Below, one piece after another: positions 24,626 to 36,287 of a stretch of DNA of 49,526 nucleotides. The position numbers and the translations under genes were made by a program. Below the pieces are notes generated by a model that was not told where the DNA came from, searched no databases, and was given only the letters and a program-made list of their open reading frames with translations. The DNA comes from Selaginella moellendorffii (Eukaryota; Plantae; Lycopodiophyta): NCBI RefSeq assembly GCF_000143415.4, contig NW_003314291.1, positions 767,251-816,776 on the forward strand, given 5' to 3'. Numbering within the stretch: position 1 is the stretch's first letter; every line of letters starts with the position of its first letter.

Positions 24626-26984
24626 CCCAAATATCCCAAGACCCTTAACTGTTTGGAAAAGGGGGTGCACTCTTATTTATGGGCCTTTTCCCTCTATATT
24701 TGAACCCCTATGGATCGTCTCTCGAGTCGTTCTTTTTGGTTGCTTACAAATTGCTGTATATGCATAATTTCTGGAGGATCAACTTACTAGACGTCATGCC
24801 AAACTTCATAAACTTGTGGTCCAACTTGCCACAACACTCGATAGGAGGAGGCATCAGTGGATTTATAGGTGATATCCATTTTTCCTAATCCTTTTGTACA
24901 AAGTGTTTCAACTGCTGTATATGCACAATTTCTGGAGGATCGGCCTATTGGACGTCATGCCAAACTTCATAAACTTGTGGTCCAATTTACCACAACACTT
25001 GATACAGTCCTTTTCATTAAGCAAGGAGCCCCTTAGATAAACCACATATTGTAAGATGGGGAAAATGAACTAACACCAAGTCATCCACTTTATACTTTAT
25101 AGGTGGACGATGATGGGAGTTGTAGCACCGTTCTTGTCCCACTTGTACACGGCCTAGGTATTCGGCAAACTCTGTTCGGACAAGTGGAAGAATGCTCGCC
25201 AAATACTGATCTCACGACCTAGCATCAGTAGCTCATGGCAATTGCAAAGGTAAACCCAACTCTGTTGGTAATATTGGATCATGAATATATAGGAATTTAT
25301 ATGGTGAAGCATACATACTTCACGATCATCCCTTTGAATGTTTGAACGAGGCATTCCACCAAACCATCTAACTATGGATGATAAACACTCGTGGAAGTGT
25401 GGCATATCCTCAACCAAGACGTCAAAACATGAAATGCCTCAGCCATAAATGTGAGACCATTATTCGAAAGAATCCTCTTTGGACAAAAATGCTAGAACAC
25501 CACTCGATTAAGGAAGAAGTATCCAACAACAGTTGCAAAGGCGCTAGCAAGAGCACCAACTTCCACCCAATGAGTCAAGTAGTCAGAAGCAATAATAACA
25601 TACTCATTGCTAGTAGTCGATCGTGGAAAAGGTCCCATAAGATCAAACGCCACTAACTCAAATGGATAGGAAATTGCAATTGACTCCAATTATCCTTCCG
25701 TAGCACGAGGGGGAGTATTACGAGCTTGACACCAAATGTAGCTACACACATACCTGATAACATCATGTCACATCTCCGGCCAATAGAAAAACTTGCATAG
25801 CTTCTTGATCACACGACGATGTCCTATATGCCTACCTAGAACAAGAGAATCATGGTAGGCATGGAGAAATTGTGGAATAAAGATTGAAAGCACCACCAAT
25901 TATAAATGATCATCAGGATTTGTCCCCACAAAATAAAAAAGGCTGTCTTTAAAGCAATATTGAGAATTTGAAGGCTTCAAGAAGGGTTTGAGAATCCTGC
26001 ATCACTTATTGATGAATTGTCATTCTGGCATTCTTTTAAGCCTCACAAACCTCATCAAGAGAAGGTAGGTTTTCTTTTGTATCTTGTGGACACTAAATGT
26101 TAAGTACAACACCTGCCGATGGCACAAAATCCTCGTCTAGAAAATCCATAAATGTTAGAACAACAAGCTTATCAAAAATATGAGGAGAGATCAAAGAAGG
26201 AAGAGGAGTTCGAGAAAGGGCATCAACATTAGTCATAAAACTCCCCAAGCAATGAACAACATCAAAATCATATATCTAAAGCTTCAAAGCCCACCGAGCA
26301 GTACAACCAACTAGGTTCTTTCACTTCAATAATGAAGTAACGGCAGCATGATCATCTTATAGTAACGTCTGAGAACCATGTAAATATGTATGAAGTTTCT
26401 TAAAACCCCAGACTGCTGTTAAAGACTCCTCTATCATGGAGTAGTTCACCTCCACTGGTTGTAATATGTGGCTGATGTATGTAATGGGATGGCGCTAACT
26501 AGGCACACTCGAGCTCTCTTGCACTAACATACCTCTAAAACCAATATCAGAAATATCCACACACAAAATGAAAGGTCAAGTGTAGTCAGGATACGCCAAA
26601 ATTGGAGGAGTTGTCAATAGTTCTTTAAGATCCATGAATGCACACTCACAATCTGCAAACCAAATGAAAGACGATGTTAACGACTTCAGCAAACATCACA
26701 AATGTGTAGTGCGATCAGAAAAATGATCCACAAAATAACCCAGATACTGCACCTTGCATAAGAAGCGTTGCACATCATTCACACACTTCAGAGTAGGAAA
26801 CTTTAGAACAGCTACAAGTTTGTCAAGATCAACTTGCAAACCCTTACAAAAAATACGGTACCCAAGATAAGTTATATCCTTAGACCCAAACACACACTTC
26901 GACTGCTTCAGCTTTAAACTAATGTCCCGTAGTTGATCCAACGCTTTACAAACATCACGGATGTCTTCCTCCCACGTCCCTTCC

Positions 26985-27045
26985 GAGCGTGGACCATACT
27001 TGAGCTCACGAGCTGAAGAGTTGAGCTCACGAGTTGAGCTCAATT
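26985..27045 (+). repeat. Left TIR of the Mutator-like element
   Basis: GAGCGTGGACCATACTTGAG...gagttgagctcacgagttgagctcaatt. Confidence 0.85.
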
Positions 27046-28693
27046 TTCAATTGTAATTTAGTACAAACATTATAAACTTTAAAATTTTAAAGTTATGGTG
27101 AACTTAATAATTTCATAACTCTCTATATATTATATAGATAAAAATGTTCTAAAGGACACTTCTTGTTCTAATAATTTAAATATTTACTACATGCAATAAT
27201 AGAGACATTTGTTAGAATATAAAATAAAATGTTTGCAAAAAGAGTATTCTTGTCACTTCTTTAAATTTGTACTCTGTGCTTTCTAGCTAGTAAATGTTAG
27301 GTTCATCAGAATTTTTAAATTATTAAATTTGAATTAAGATTCTATATAAGGCCATATAACCATTTGAAAGGAAAAAAAAAAAACTGTGATGGTACATATG
27401 CTCTCACAATACATTGTAACATCATACACCCGAAAGACTATCACGAAATATTTTTTGAGAAGGTAAAGACAAAAATGGAGACTCACAAATACTATGGGTA
27501 GTATTGCGAAAAGAACCTTACAAGTATATGAAATGAAAAGTGAAATAATAAAATATTTTTATTAATTATATAAGGTATAATTAGTTTATATTATTGATAG
27601 AGAATAAACATCGATAGTGCTGGAAAATCTAATTAGCTCCAAAAGTTTTCTGCAACTCAGCAATAGTAAGGCTTGCTTGGTGTATATGAATATCCACTTT
27701 AGGATCCTGGTGCAAGATGTTGATGAAGATGTAGTACATATGCTTGCAAGGAGCATATGCCTTCCCATGTTCCTCGCGCTTCGTAAAGTCTGGACATGTG
27801 CAAGAAGGAAAGTTTTGAATGGCAATTGTGTACTCTCCACCTTCTGTTTTGACTGTGTACTCCTTTGCGAGCGCAGTGATGTACTTCGTGGAGAGAATCT
27901 CACACTCAAGTGTTTGAGCCAAGTTTATTTTACCTTGCTTCTGCTTGGAGACGGTACCAATAAATTTAACTGCCTTACCTTTTCGTGCTGGCCTCCTGTG
28001 CATCTCTGTAGGAATAGTTCTGGTTCTGTCACTCATATCTCCAACTCTCCTCTCAAGATTGAAACCAGATTTCTCAAGGTTTTCAATCTCATCCGAGGTG
28101 AGCGCAACCCCATTAGCAACCGGCCATTCTTTAGGTACTGCATCAGGTTTAGTCACTATAGTGTCTTCAAGCCGCTTTGTATGGTTGACATCAGAGTTGT
28201 AGCAATATAACCAACACCATCTTGAAAATCCTGCTTGCTTTCGTTCCCCATGGAAACATGGGGCTGGAACAGAAGCAGACTTATCACCACGGATCCAAGC
28301 CCAACACTTGCCCCTTGGAAGCATCCTCACACACCTTACATTTGATTTCGCTGGCACTCGACGGATTGCCCATTGCTTCGGCTCCACACTACGATAAGCA
28401 ATTTCAACCTGCTGTGATGCACTTTCTTCATCAGCCACTTGAGGTGGTTCGGTTCTGGGGCGATGTCTTGGAGCAGAATGATACTCAACATCAGGCCTGT
28501 GAGAGCTTTTTGCTCCAAGATCCGTGCCAACATCTTCACCAGCAAAAGAAAATCGACGCTTTGAGCGGACGGTCTTCATATCACCAATAGAAGCCCGAGG
28601 AGTGTACTCCATAGATGTGCCGCGGACCACTTCCTCCACTGCAGTTGCCATTGTTCGTGCTGGTGGAGTCACTTTCTTCTTCATCCGATCGTG

Positions 28694-29351
28694 TGTGAGA
28701 CACAAAATCCCTAGGCCCCAAAGTGGAGCCGGAAAGGGTGCCACGTGGTAGTGGCCGAAGTGAGAGCCAAACGAGCGTAACATGTTTGGACCAAAAGCTT
28801 CGACTTGAAAAGTCAAGAGCGGGAGTGGAACTCCCAACGAAGTGCTCGAGGAACGAGCACGAAGCGAGCAAAAGGCGAGGCTCCAAAAAGGGACCCAAAA
28901 GGGCCAACACATGACACATGGGAGTGTCCGAGATGGACTCGAGTTGGAGTCCAAAGTGGAGTCCGAGATGGACCCGAGTTGGAGTCCGAAGTGGAGTCCG
29001 AGATGGACCCGAGTTGGAGTCCGAAGTGGAGTCCGAGATGGACCCGAGATGGAGTCCGAGAAGGAGTCCGAAGTGGAGTCCGAGGTGGACCCGAGATGGA
29101 CCCGAGTTGGAGTCCGAAGTGGAGTCCGAGATGGACCCAAGATGGAGTCCGAGATGGAGTCCGAGATGGAGTCCGAGGTGGACCCGAGATGGACCCGAAA
29201 TGGAGTCCGAGATGGAGTCCGAGATGGACCCGAGATGGAGTCCGAGATGGAGTCCGAGATGGACCCGAGATGGAGTCCGAGATGGAGTCCGAGATGGAGT
29301 CCGAGATGGAGTCCGAGATGGAGTCCCAAGTCGAGACCGAGACCGGGACCA

Positions 29352-29384
<33 letters not shown>

Positions 29385-30486
29385 TCGGGACCGAGACCGA
29401 GACCGAGGCCGAGGCCGAGACCAAGCCCGAGCCCGAGTCCGAGTCCGAGTCCGAGTCCGAGTCCGAGTCCGAGTCCGAGTCCGGAGCCTGAGAGGGTGAA
29501 AGCCCAAAGCGTTCGTCTCCCAGACCCTGGGGGGTTTGGTGAGCTCCAAAAGTATAGTAGGGGGAGGACTGCAGTGGAGCCAGTTTGGCCAGGAAAGGCC
29601 AGTTTGGCCCAGGAAGGCCGGACCCAGTGTTGGGTGATGAGCTGCCCACTGGGAAGTCCAAGACTAGAGTGAACACGGACCGACAAGCGGGGTAGTTTGG
29701 TGAAGTGTTCAAGAGCCGGCTCTAGTTCCCCCGGGAGATCGACTGGCCGATGCTCCCAGTCCAAGTGTGGGTGGCACTACCTACTTGGATACCTGGTGTG
29801 GCTCAACGGAACCCGCTCTAAGCCCATGGTTAGAGCACCCAAGGGCAGAAGGCGAGGAGAGTACCCAGGTGGCTCGCGTAAGGCCACGGTGTTCCGAAAT
29901 GTTGTCCCAAAGGCCCAGACTGTGGAAAGGAAGAGGAGCAATCCTCTGGGGTAGTGACCAAGGACACAGTCGTGTGGTGAGGAAGTCCCAGAGGACCGTG
30001 GGACTTAGTGGTCGGGCCTGTGGGTCTCGATCCAGTGGCAGTGTTGGCAAACACGGCCAGGGGCAGGAAGGGACTTAGTGGGGACTGACAGAGGGATATT
30101 GGGGAAGGCTATTCCCCTTGTCGGTGGGCATCCTAAGGATGCTAAGGAGTGGATCTGAGATGACCACTCACGGATGGTTTGCCTAGTCTTGGAGAGCCAA
30201 GACGGTGATGCAAGTGGTATTGGACTACCAGTGTGGCAAAGGTGATTGGGCATGGCCTTAGTGTAACGGGCTGCTATGTCGGTGGTACCTTTGAGTGTCG
30301 GTCATGGGATCGGACATGTGGAGCACTTGGACCAAGTGCAAATGTTGAGTGGCATGGATGCCATTCTCGGGGCTAGCAAGTCCCAAGTCCTGGATTGGAC
30401 TTATGGAGGTTGTGAATGAGACTCCTCCAAGTGGTCAGAGGTGTGGTTAAGTGACTAAAGTAGAATGGAAAAATTAGTCGCTTACG
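28694..30486 (+). repeat. 5' LTR (1793 bp) containing a hexamer-based satellite (~28925-29485)
   Basis: Direct repeat of 34471-36287. GAGTCC/GAGATG/GACCC/GAGACC arrays. Confidence 0.93.
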
Positions 30487-32846
30487 ATTTGGTATCGGAG
30501 CTGTTCCTTAGTCCGACTTTTATTGGTGCTCAAGTATATCACCACTGGTGTTGGCAACGGAAGGTCCGAGAAGTGGGCCTATCCTTGAGGAGTAGCAGGT
30601 CGGGAAGATATGGCTCTTCATTACAGTTCATGTGTGAACTTGTAGACAAGGTGGTGGATAGAAAAGGGCCAATAATGGAACGACTTTGGGATCTTGGGAA
30701 CAGTATATGGTTTTCCTCATATAGTTGAGGTTGGTGCTCATGAATGTGAGACCAGAAGTAATGACCGTGGGAGGTCAAATACGGAAGAGGACTCTCAAGT
30801 CCTTGAAAAGGTAGCCGGGGCTACCTCTAATAAATGCTGGAACAACCCAAGGAGTTGGGGGTGTATTAAGTGGATGAGTTGGTGTTCTCATCACATGGAC
30901 AAGTAGTCATAAGGGGCAAAGGTTGCCCCCAGAGAACAAAATCAAGTGTCGGAGTAACACTTGTGAAAATAGGCCTTTTGAGTAGGACAGGAATGCAAGA
31001 AGTGTATTCCAGTGAGCTAGTGCCTCACAAGTAGGACCTTACGGGTCTGTGGATTAACGAAGTCCAAAACTGCTGGATGACTCAAGTAGAGTCAACGGAT
31101 GGTCCTAAAAGGACTGATGGAAGCATTTGGACTGAGGTGTGTTGTACCCCACAAAGGATGGGGGGGATCATAGGATCCAAGGATGAAAACAGAGGGTATC
31201 TCATCAATGGCAAAATGTGCCATGCTAAAGTTATGGGAATGGTGTCTCCAGAAGAAAACAACTTTGACATAAAGTTGTGTGTGACCTCTATGGTGCAGTG
31301 CTAACGGATGGTTGGCATGAGAAAGAGCGGTGTTGGTCTTGGCAAAGACTTAGACACGAAAGGGAAATGTCATAGAGGTAGGCTCGTGGAGCCGATGGTG
31401 TGGAGACACCAAATGTGCCAAGGTGTGATACCTTGAGGCTATGTTGGTGGGTTCATGAGAACCCCTTGCCAAAGGAATCCCAATGGAAATGGGAATAGCA
31501 TAGCCTAAGCTGCAGAGCATGCAGTTGGAGTGTGGTGACCCAGATAATGATGGAGGTGTGAAAGCACCAAGCAATGAGTTGTAGGACTTGACAACTATGA
31601 GGCAACTAAGCAAGAGATGCAAAATAACTGGTTAAACGGGTAGAAGGTAGCTACCCAAGACTTCTTAATAGCATAAGGAAGTTCGATATACCCTTACGGG
31701 GGATAAGTTGCTTATGTTGCGATATAGTAAGTCAATGTCATAAAAGGAAATACTCATTGTCAAGGAAGCCATCATTGGGACACCCAAACACTCTAGAACA
31801 CTAGGAGGTGGTGTTTGATGTCGCGAGGGTAATAAATAAGGCCCAAGGGACTAAGTCCCTAGCGAATGATGGATAGAAGGTGCTATCCAAATGTCCAAGG
31901 TTGCGGAGACAGGGGAGGACTGTCTACCCAAGTTGGACAAAGCCAAAAATGGAATTTTGGCAAGGCTAGTGATGGGCATGTAAAGGCCCATAAGCAACAA
32001 TGTGATCCCAGTGTGTGGGATTATAAGGTGAGCATACCCGGATTGAGGAACCACTCACTGGGCTATTGGGTAGGTTCATCCCTAAGAATACTTGCTAAGG
32101 CATGATAGAAAGTGCAAAGCTATCCTCCTGGTCTGGAGGAGAATGACCGAAGGAAAGGTGTGAAGCCAAAAAGCAAGAAGTAAGGGGATAGAACCGAACC
32201 GTAGGAATCAAAGGGCATAACCAAGGTGGGTTATGCCAGCTGGGAGTGGAGAATCAAATGGGGGCTCGAGGGTGTTGCCGCTAGCAATCGTGATGCCATG
32301 GAGAGTCTAAAATATGGAATTGTCCATGTTAGACTATGTGGCATTTGGAAGGCTTGCAAAAAGGGAGGCCTTAGCAAGCTGAGGGACAGAGTTCCTTCAA
32401 GGTTCCCAAAGACGATTCTAGGTAGCTTAGTACCTAGAAAGGCCAAGTGTAAATGGTTCATGGAACGCGCGAAATCAGAGTGGCGCAGCAGAAGCGTGGT
32501 TTTGAAGCTTGCCATGAGGCAAGGCTATCAAGGTTAGGGAAGTAGTTCCCGAGTGTTCAAAGAGAGGGCTTTGAACGAAAGTCGAAGGTCAAGGACTTTC
32601 ACGCTTATGCAGGAACCATGTTACAGTGGTCGGAGGACTTGCCAAGCGAGATTGGCACGTCGGGGGAACAAATACCCTAGTTGAAGGTGATAACTTCAAA
32701 AAGGGTGGGCCATGGGGCCGAGCATGGAGGAGTCCATGCATGATCACAGACATGTCAAGTGAGAGGACTTGGCAGTGTGGAGGAACTAGGTTCCTAAACT
32801 GTGATCTGTAGCGCGCTAAAAAAAAAAAAAAATAAGTTGGTGCACC

Positions 32847-33441
32847 GGCGTGGGGAGTCACGCCAGGCATCTTGTGTGATGCCGTCCGTAGATGCATATA
32901 CGGAGGTTGGGTTCGAGTCCCGACCCTCTAGTGCTTGGGTTCGAGTCCCAAATCACTAGGGCGTGGTGATGGTTTGGAATATGAGGACACTCATATTTCG
33001 GTGGTCATGGACTCTCAGTGGGGAGACTGGTTTGGGCACACCGCCAAGCGAGGGATGCCTCGGAGTCGTGATGCACGGTTAGATTGCTTAGAGTGAAAGC
33101 TCGGCATATCTAACTTGAACGCTTTGGTGCAAGTGGCACCAAGGTCGTGGTGAGTGAGATGGGGACACCTAATCTCAGTTGCTATGAACCCTTGGCCGTA
33201 AGGGCTGGCTTGGGTGCACCGCCAAGTGTGGGGGATGCCCCCGGGGTTATAGTCAACAACTTGGAGGTCTAGAAGACCAAGTACCTCTTGGCAACTCTGT
33301 TAAGGTGCCAAGGTGAGATCACTAGGTGATCTTATGGCCAGATAAGGACAAGGTCCTTGGTTGGCTAAGGAATGAAGTTCCTGGTTCAAAATGTTGAAAT
33401 TGAACTGTTTAAGATGGTGTGGCTTGGTCGTGATGACCAAG
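32847..33441 (+). other. Hairpin cluster including two tRNA T-loop/B-box-like stem-loops
   Basis: Stems ggcgtg/cacgcc, ggcatc/gatgcc, tccgta/tacgga, ggttggg-TTCGAGT-cccgacc, ttggg-TTCGAGT-cccaa, ttggtgc/gcaccaa, agatcac/gtgatct, cttggtc/gaccaag. Confidence 0.65.
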
Positions 33442-34470
33442 TGGGAAGAGCACCTAAGGGAAATAAACTATGTCCGTCCGATGGCATAGTGAGTCCGAGG
33501 AAAGTAGTCTCTATAAAAGACCCATGGGAGGGTCACGAAGTTGGGCCATAGATAGAGCCCATAGCAGAAGATGCTAAAGAGACGTACTAGGGGCGAACAT
33601 CCTCCGGACTAAGCAAAGAAGAGTCTTTGCTATGGAACCGAAAGGATACCTCAAAAATAGAGGTAGCGATCCGATGTTGCTGGGTGCAACAATCAAGGAT
33701 AGGAGCAAAGGATTAGTGGCCAAGTTTGGGCCATGGAATTTAATGGAAGGGATCCAAATGGCAAAGTTAGCCAAGGAACACTAATGTGTTTGGTGCTAAC
33801 AGCTTGTGGGAAAGGAAGTGGACTTCCAAGGATGGATTCCTAAGTGCTCCAATTTGGCGAAGTAAAAGCTCCAAGTGAGGGAGCGGTAAGGTAGCCAAAT
33901 GATAGGGCCATGGACAGGCCTAGCACAAAGTATGATAATTGGAACTTCGTGCCCAAGGTGGCACGAAATAGAAGAGAGGATGATGGTGCCCTCAAGTAAT
34001 GAACTTCCTAGGATGGGGAAGTGGAGTTGCACAATCTGTGCAATGCAAGGTGTTGGAGACACCTAGGAAATTGACTTCCAAAAGTCAAAAGAGTAAAAGT
34101 TCCAAGGTGCAAACGTTCCATAGATGGAAATTGAGACTACTCGAGAAGGAGTAGTGGGATTGACTTAGAGAAGGGTCTCTAAGAGGTTTAGCGAGAACTA
34201 AACCAATAAAAGGAGAGAACCACTACATGTGGTCCAATCAGTCTCTAAGTTGGAGAGACTACCCTCCTTAGAGGATAGGCAAGGCATGGTGAGCCTTTGG
34301 TGTCAAACCATTGAGGAATATGCAAAAGGCATGGTGAGCCTTCAATGTAAAACCCTTGACAAATATTGGCTAGGTGCCAAGGATGGAAATGGTAACACAT
34401 GCGAGTGTTACTTTACAAAATGGTTTACCGTTCGATGAGGACATCGAACTTCGTCTATGGGTGGTGGAGT

Positions 34471-35152
34471 TGTGAGACACAAAATCCCTAGGCCCCAAAG
34501 TGGAGCCGGAAAGGGTGCCACGTGGTAGTGGCCGAAGTGAGAGCCAAACGAGCGTAACATGTTTGGACCAAAAGCTCCGACTTGAAAAGTCAAGAGCGGG
34601 AGTGGAACTCCCAACGAAGTGCTCGAGGAACGAGCACGAAGCGAGCAAAAGGCGAGGCTCCAAAAAGGGACCCAAAAGGGCCAACACATGACACATGGGA
34701 GTGTCCGAGATGGACTCGAGTTGGAGTCCAAAGTGGAGTCCGAGATGGACCCGAGTTGGAGTCCGAAGTGGAGTCCGAGATGGACCCGAGTTGGAGTCCG
34801 AAGTGGAGTCCGAGATGGACCCGAGATGGAGTCCGAGATGGAGTCCGAAGTGGAGTCCGAGGTGGACCCGAGATGGACCCGAGTTGGAGTCCGAAGTGGA
34901 GCCCGAGATGGACCCAAGATGGAGTCCGAGATGGAGTCCGAGATGGAGCCCGAGGTGGACCCGAGATGGACCCGAAATGGAGTCCGAGATGGAGTCCGAG
35001 ATGGACCCGAGATGGAGTCCGAGATGGAGTCCGAGATGGACCCGAGATGGAGTCCGAGATGGAGTCCGAGATGGAGTCCGAGATGGAGTCCGAGATGGAG
35101 TCCGAGATGGAGTCCGAGATGGAGTCCCAAGTCGAGACCGAGACCGGGACCA

Positions 35153-35185
<33 letters not shown>

Positions 35186-36287
35186 TCGGGACCGAGACCG
35201 AGACCGAGGCCGAGGCCGAGACCAAGCCCGAGCCCGAGTCCGAGTCCGAGTCCGAGTCCGAGTCCGAGTCCGAGTCCGAGTCCGGAGCCTGAGAGGGTGA
35301 AAGCCCAAAGCGTTCGTCTCCCAGACCCTGGGGGGTTTGGTGAGCTCCAAAAGTATAGTAGGGGGAGGACTGCAGTGGAGCCAGTTTGGCCAGGAAAGGC
35401 CAGTTTGGCCCAGGAAGGCCGGACCCAGTGTTGGGTGATGAGCTGCCCACTGGGAAGTCCAAGACTAGAGTGAACACGGACCGACAAGCGGGGTAGCTTG
35501 GTGAAGTGTTCAAGAGCCGGCTCTAGTTCCCCCGGGAGATCGACTGGCCGATGCTCCCAGTCCAAGTGTGGGTGGCACTACCTACTTGGATACCTGGTGT
35601 GGCTCAACGGAACCCGCTCTAAGCCCATGGTTAGAGCACCCAAGGGCAGAAGGCGAGGAGAGTACCCAGGTGGCTCGCGTAAGGCCACGGTGTTCCGAAA
35701 TGTTGTCCCAAAGGCCCAGACTGTGGAAAGGAAGAGGAGCAATCCTCTGGGGTAGTGACCAAGGACACAGTCGTGTGGTGAGGAAGTCCCAGAGGACCGT
35801 GGGACTTAGTGGTCGGGCCTGTGGGTCTCGATCCAGTGGCAGTGTTGGCAAACACGGCCAGGGGCAGGAAGGGACTTAGTGGGGACTGACAGAGGGATAT
35901 TGGGGAAGGCTATTCCCCTTGTCGGTGGGCATCCTAAGGATGCTAAGGAGTGGATCTGAGATGACCACTCACGGATGGTTTGCCTAGTCTTGGAGAGCCA
36001 AGACGGTGATGCAAGTGGTATTGGACTACCAGTGTGGCAAAGGTGATTGGGCATGGCCTTAGTGTAACGGGCTGCTATGTCGGTGGTACCTTTGAGTGTC
36101 GGTCATGGGATCGGACATGTGGAGCACTTGGACCAAGTGCAAATGTTGAGTGGCATGGATGCCATTCTCGGGGCTAGCAAGTCCCAAGTCCTGGATTGGA
36201 CTTATGGAGGTTGTGAATGAGACTCCTCCAAGTGGTCAGAGGTGTGGTTAAGTGACTAAAGTAGAATGGAAAAATTAGTCGCTTACA
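34471..36287 (+). repeat. 3' LTR (1817 bp)
   Basis: TG...CA termini. 24 bp longer than the 5' LTR (two extra 12-bp units). Confidence 0.93.

Larger units (their letters stand above)
23714..24748 (-). mobile_element. Cassandra-like TRIM with 5S rRNA-derived LTRs
   Basis: 195-bp LTRs at 23714-23908 and 24554-24748 (TGTAAG...CTTACA). TSD AATTG at 23709-23713 and 24749-24753. Met PBS TGGTATCAGAG. No protein-coding capacity. Confidence 0.92.
28694..36287 (+). mobile_element. Non-autonomous LTR retroelement (LARD-like), 7.6 kb, young
   Basis: LTRs at 28694-30486 and 34471-36287 are near-identical. TSD TCGTG at 28689-28693 and 36288-36292. PBS TGGTATCGGAGC at ~30490; PPT before 34471. No gag/pol ORF in the internal 4 kb. 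Confidence 0.93.

Noticed and set aside
28581-29764. Long ORFs in all six frames (GLGL, SDSD, RTRT, PRPR), repeated at 34370-35565
   Set aside because: Artefacts of a stop-free hexamer satellite inside the LTRs.
32905-32959. tRNA gene
   Set aside because: T-arm-like hairpins only; no D arm, anticodon arm or acceptor stem could be built.
33470-34440. gag or chromodomain remnants in the LARD interior
   Set aside because: Only faint hints (e.g. YFTKW); no continuous frame could be supported by eye.
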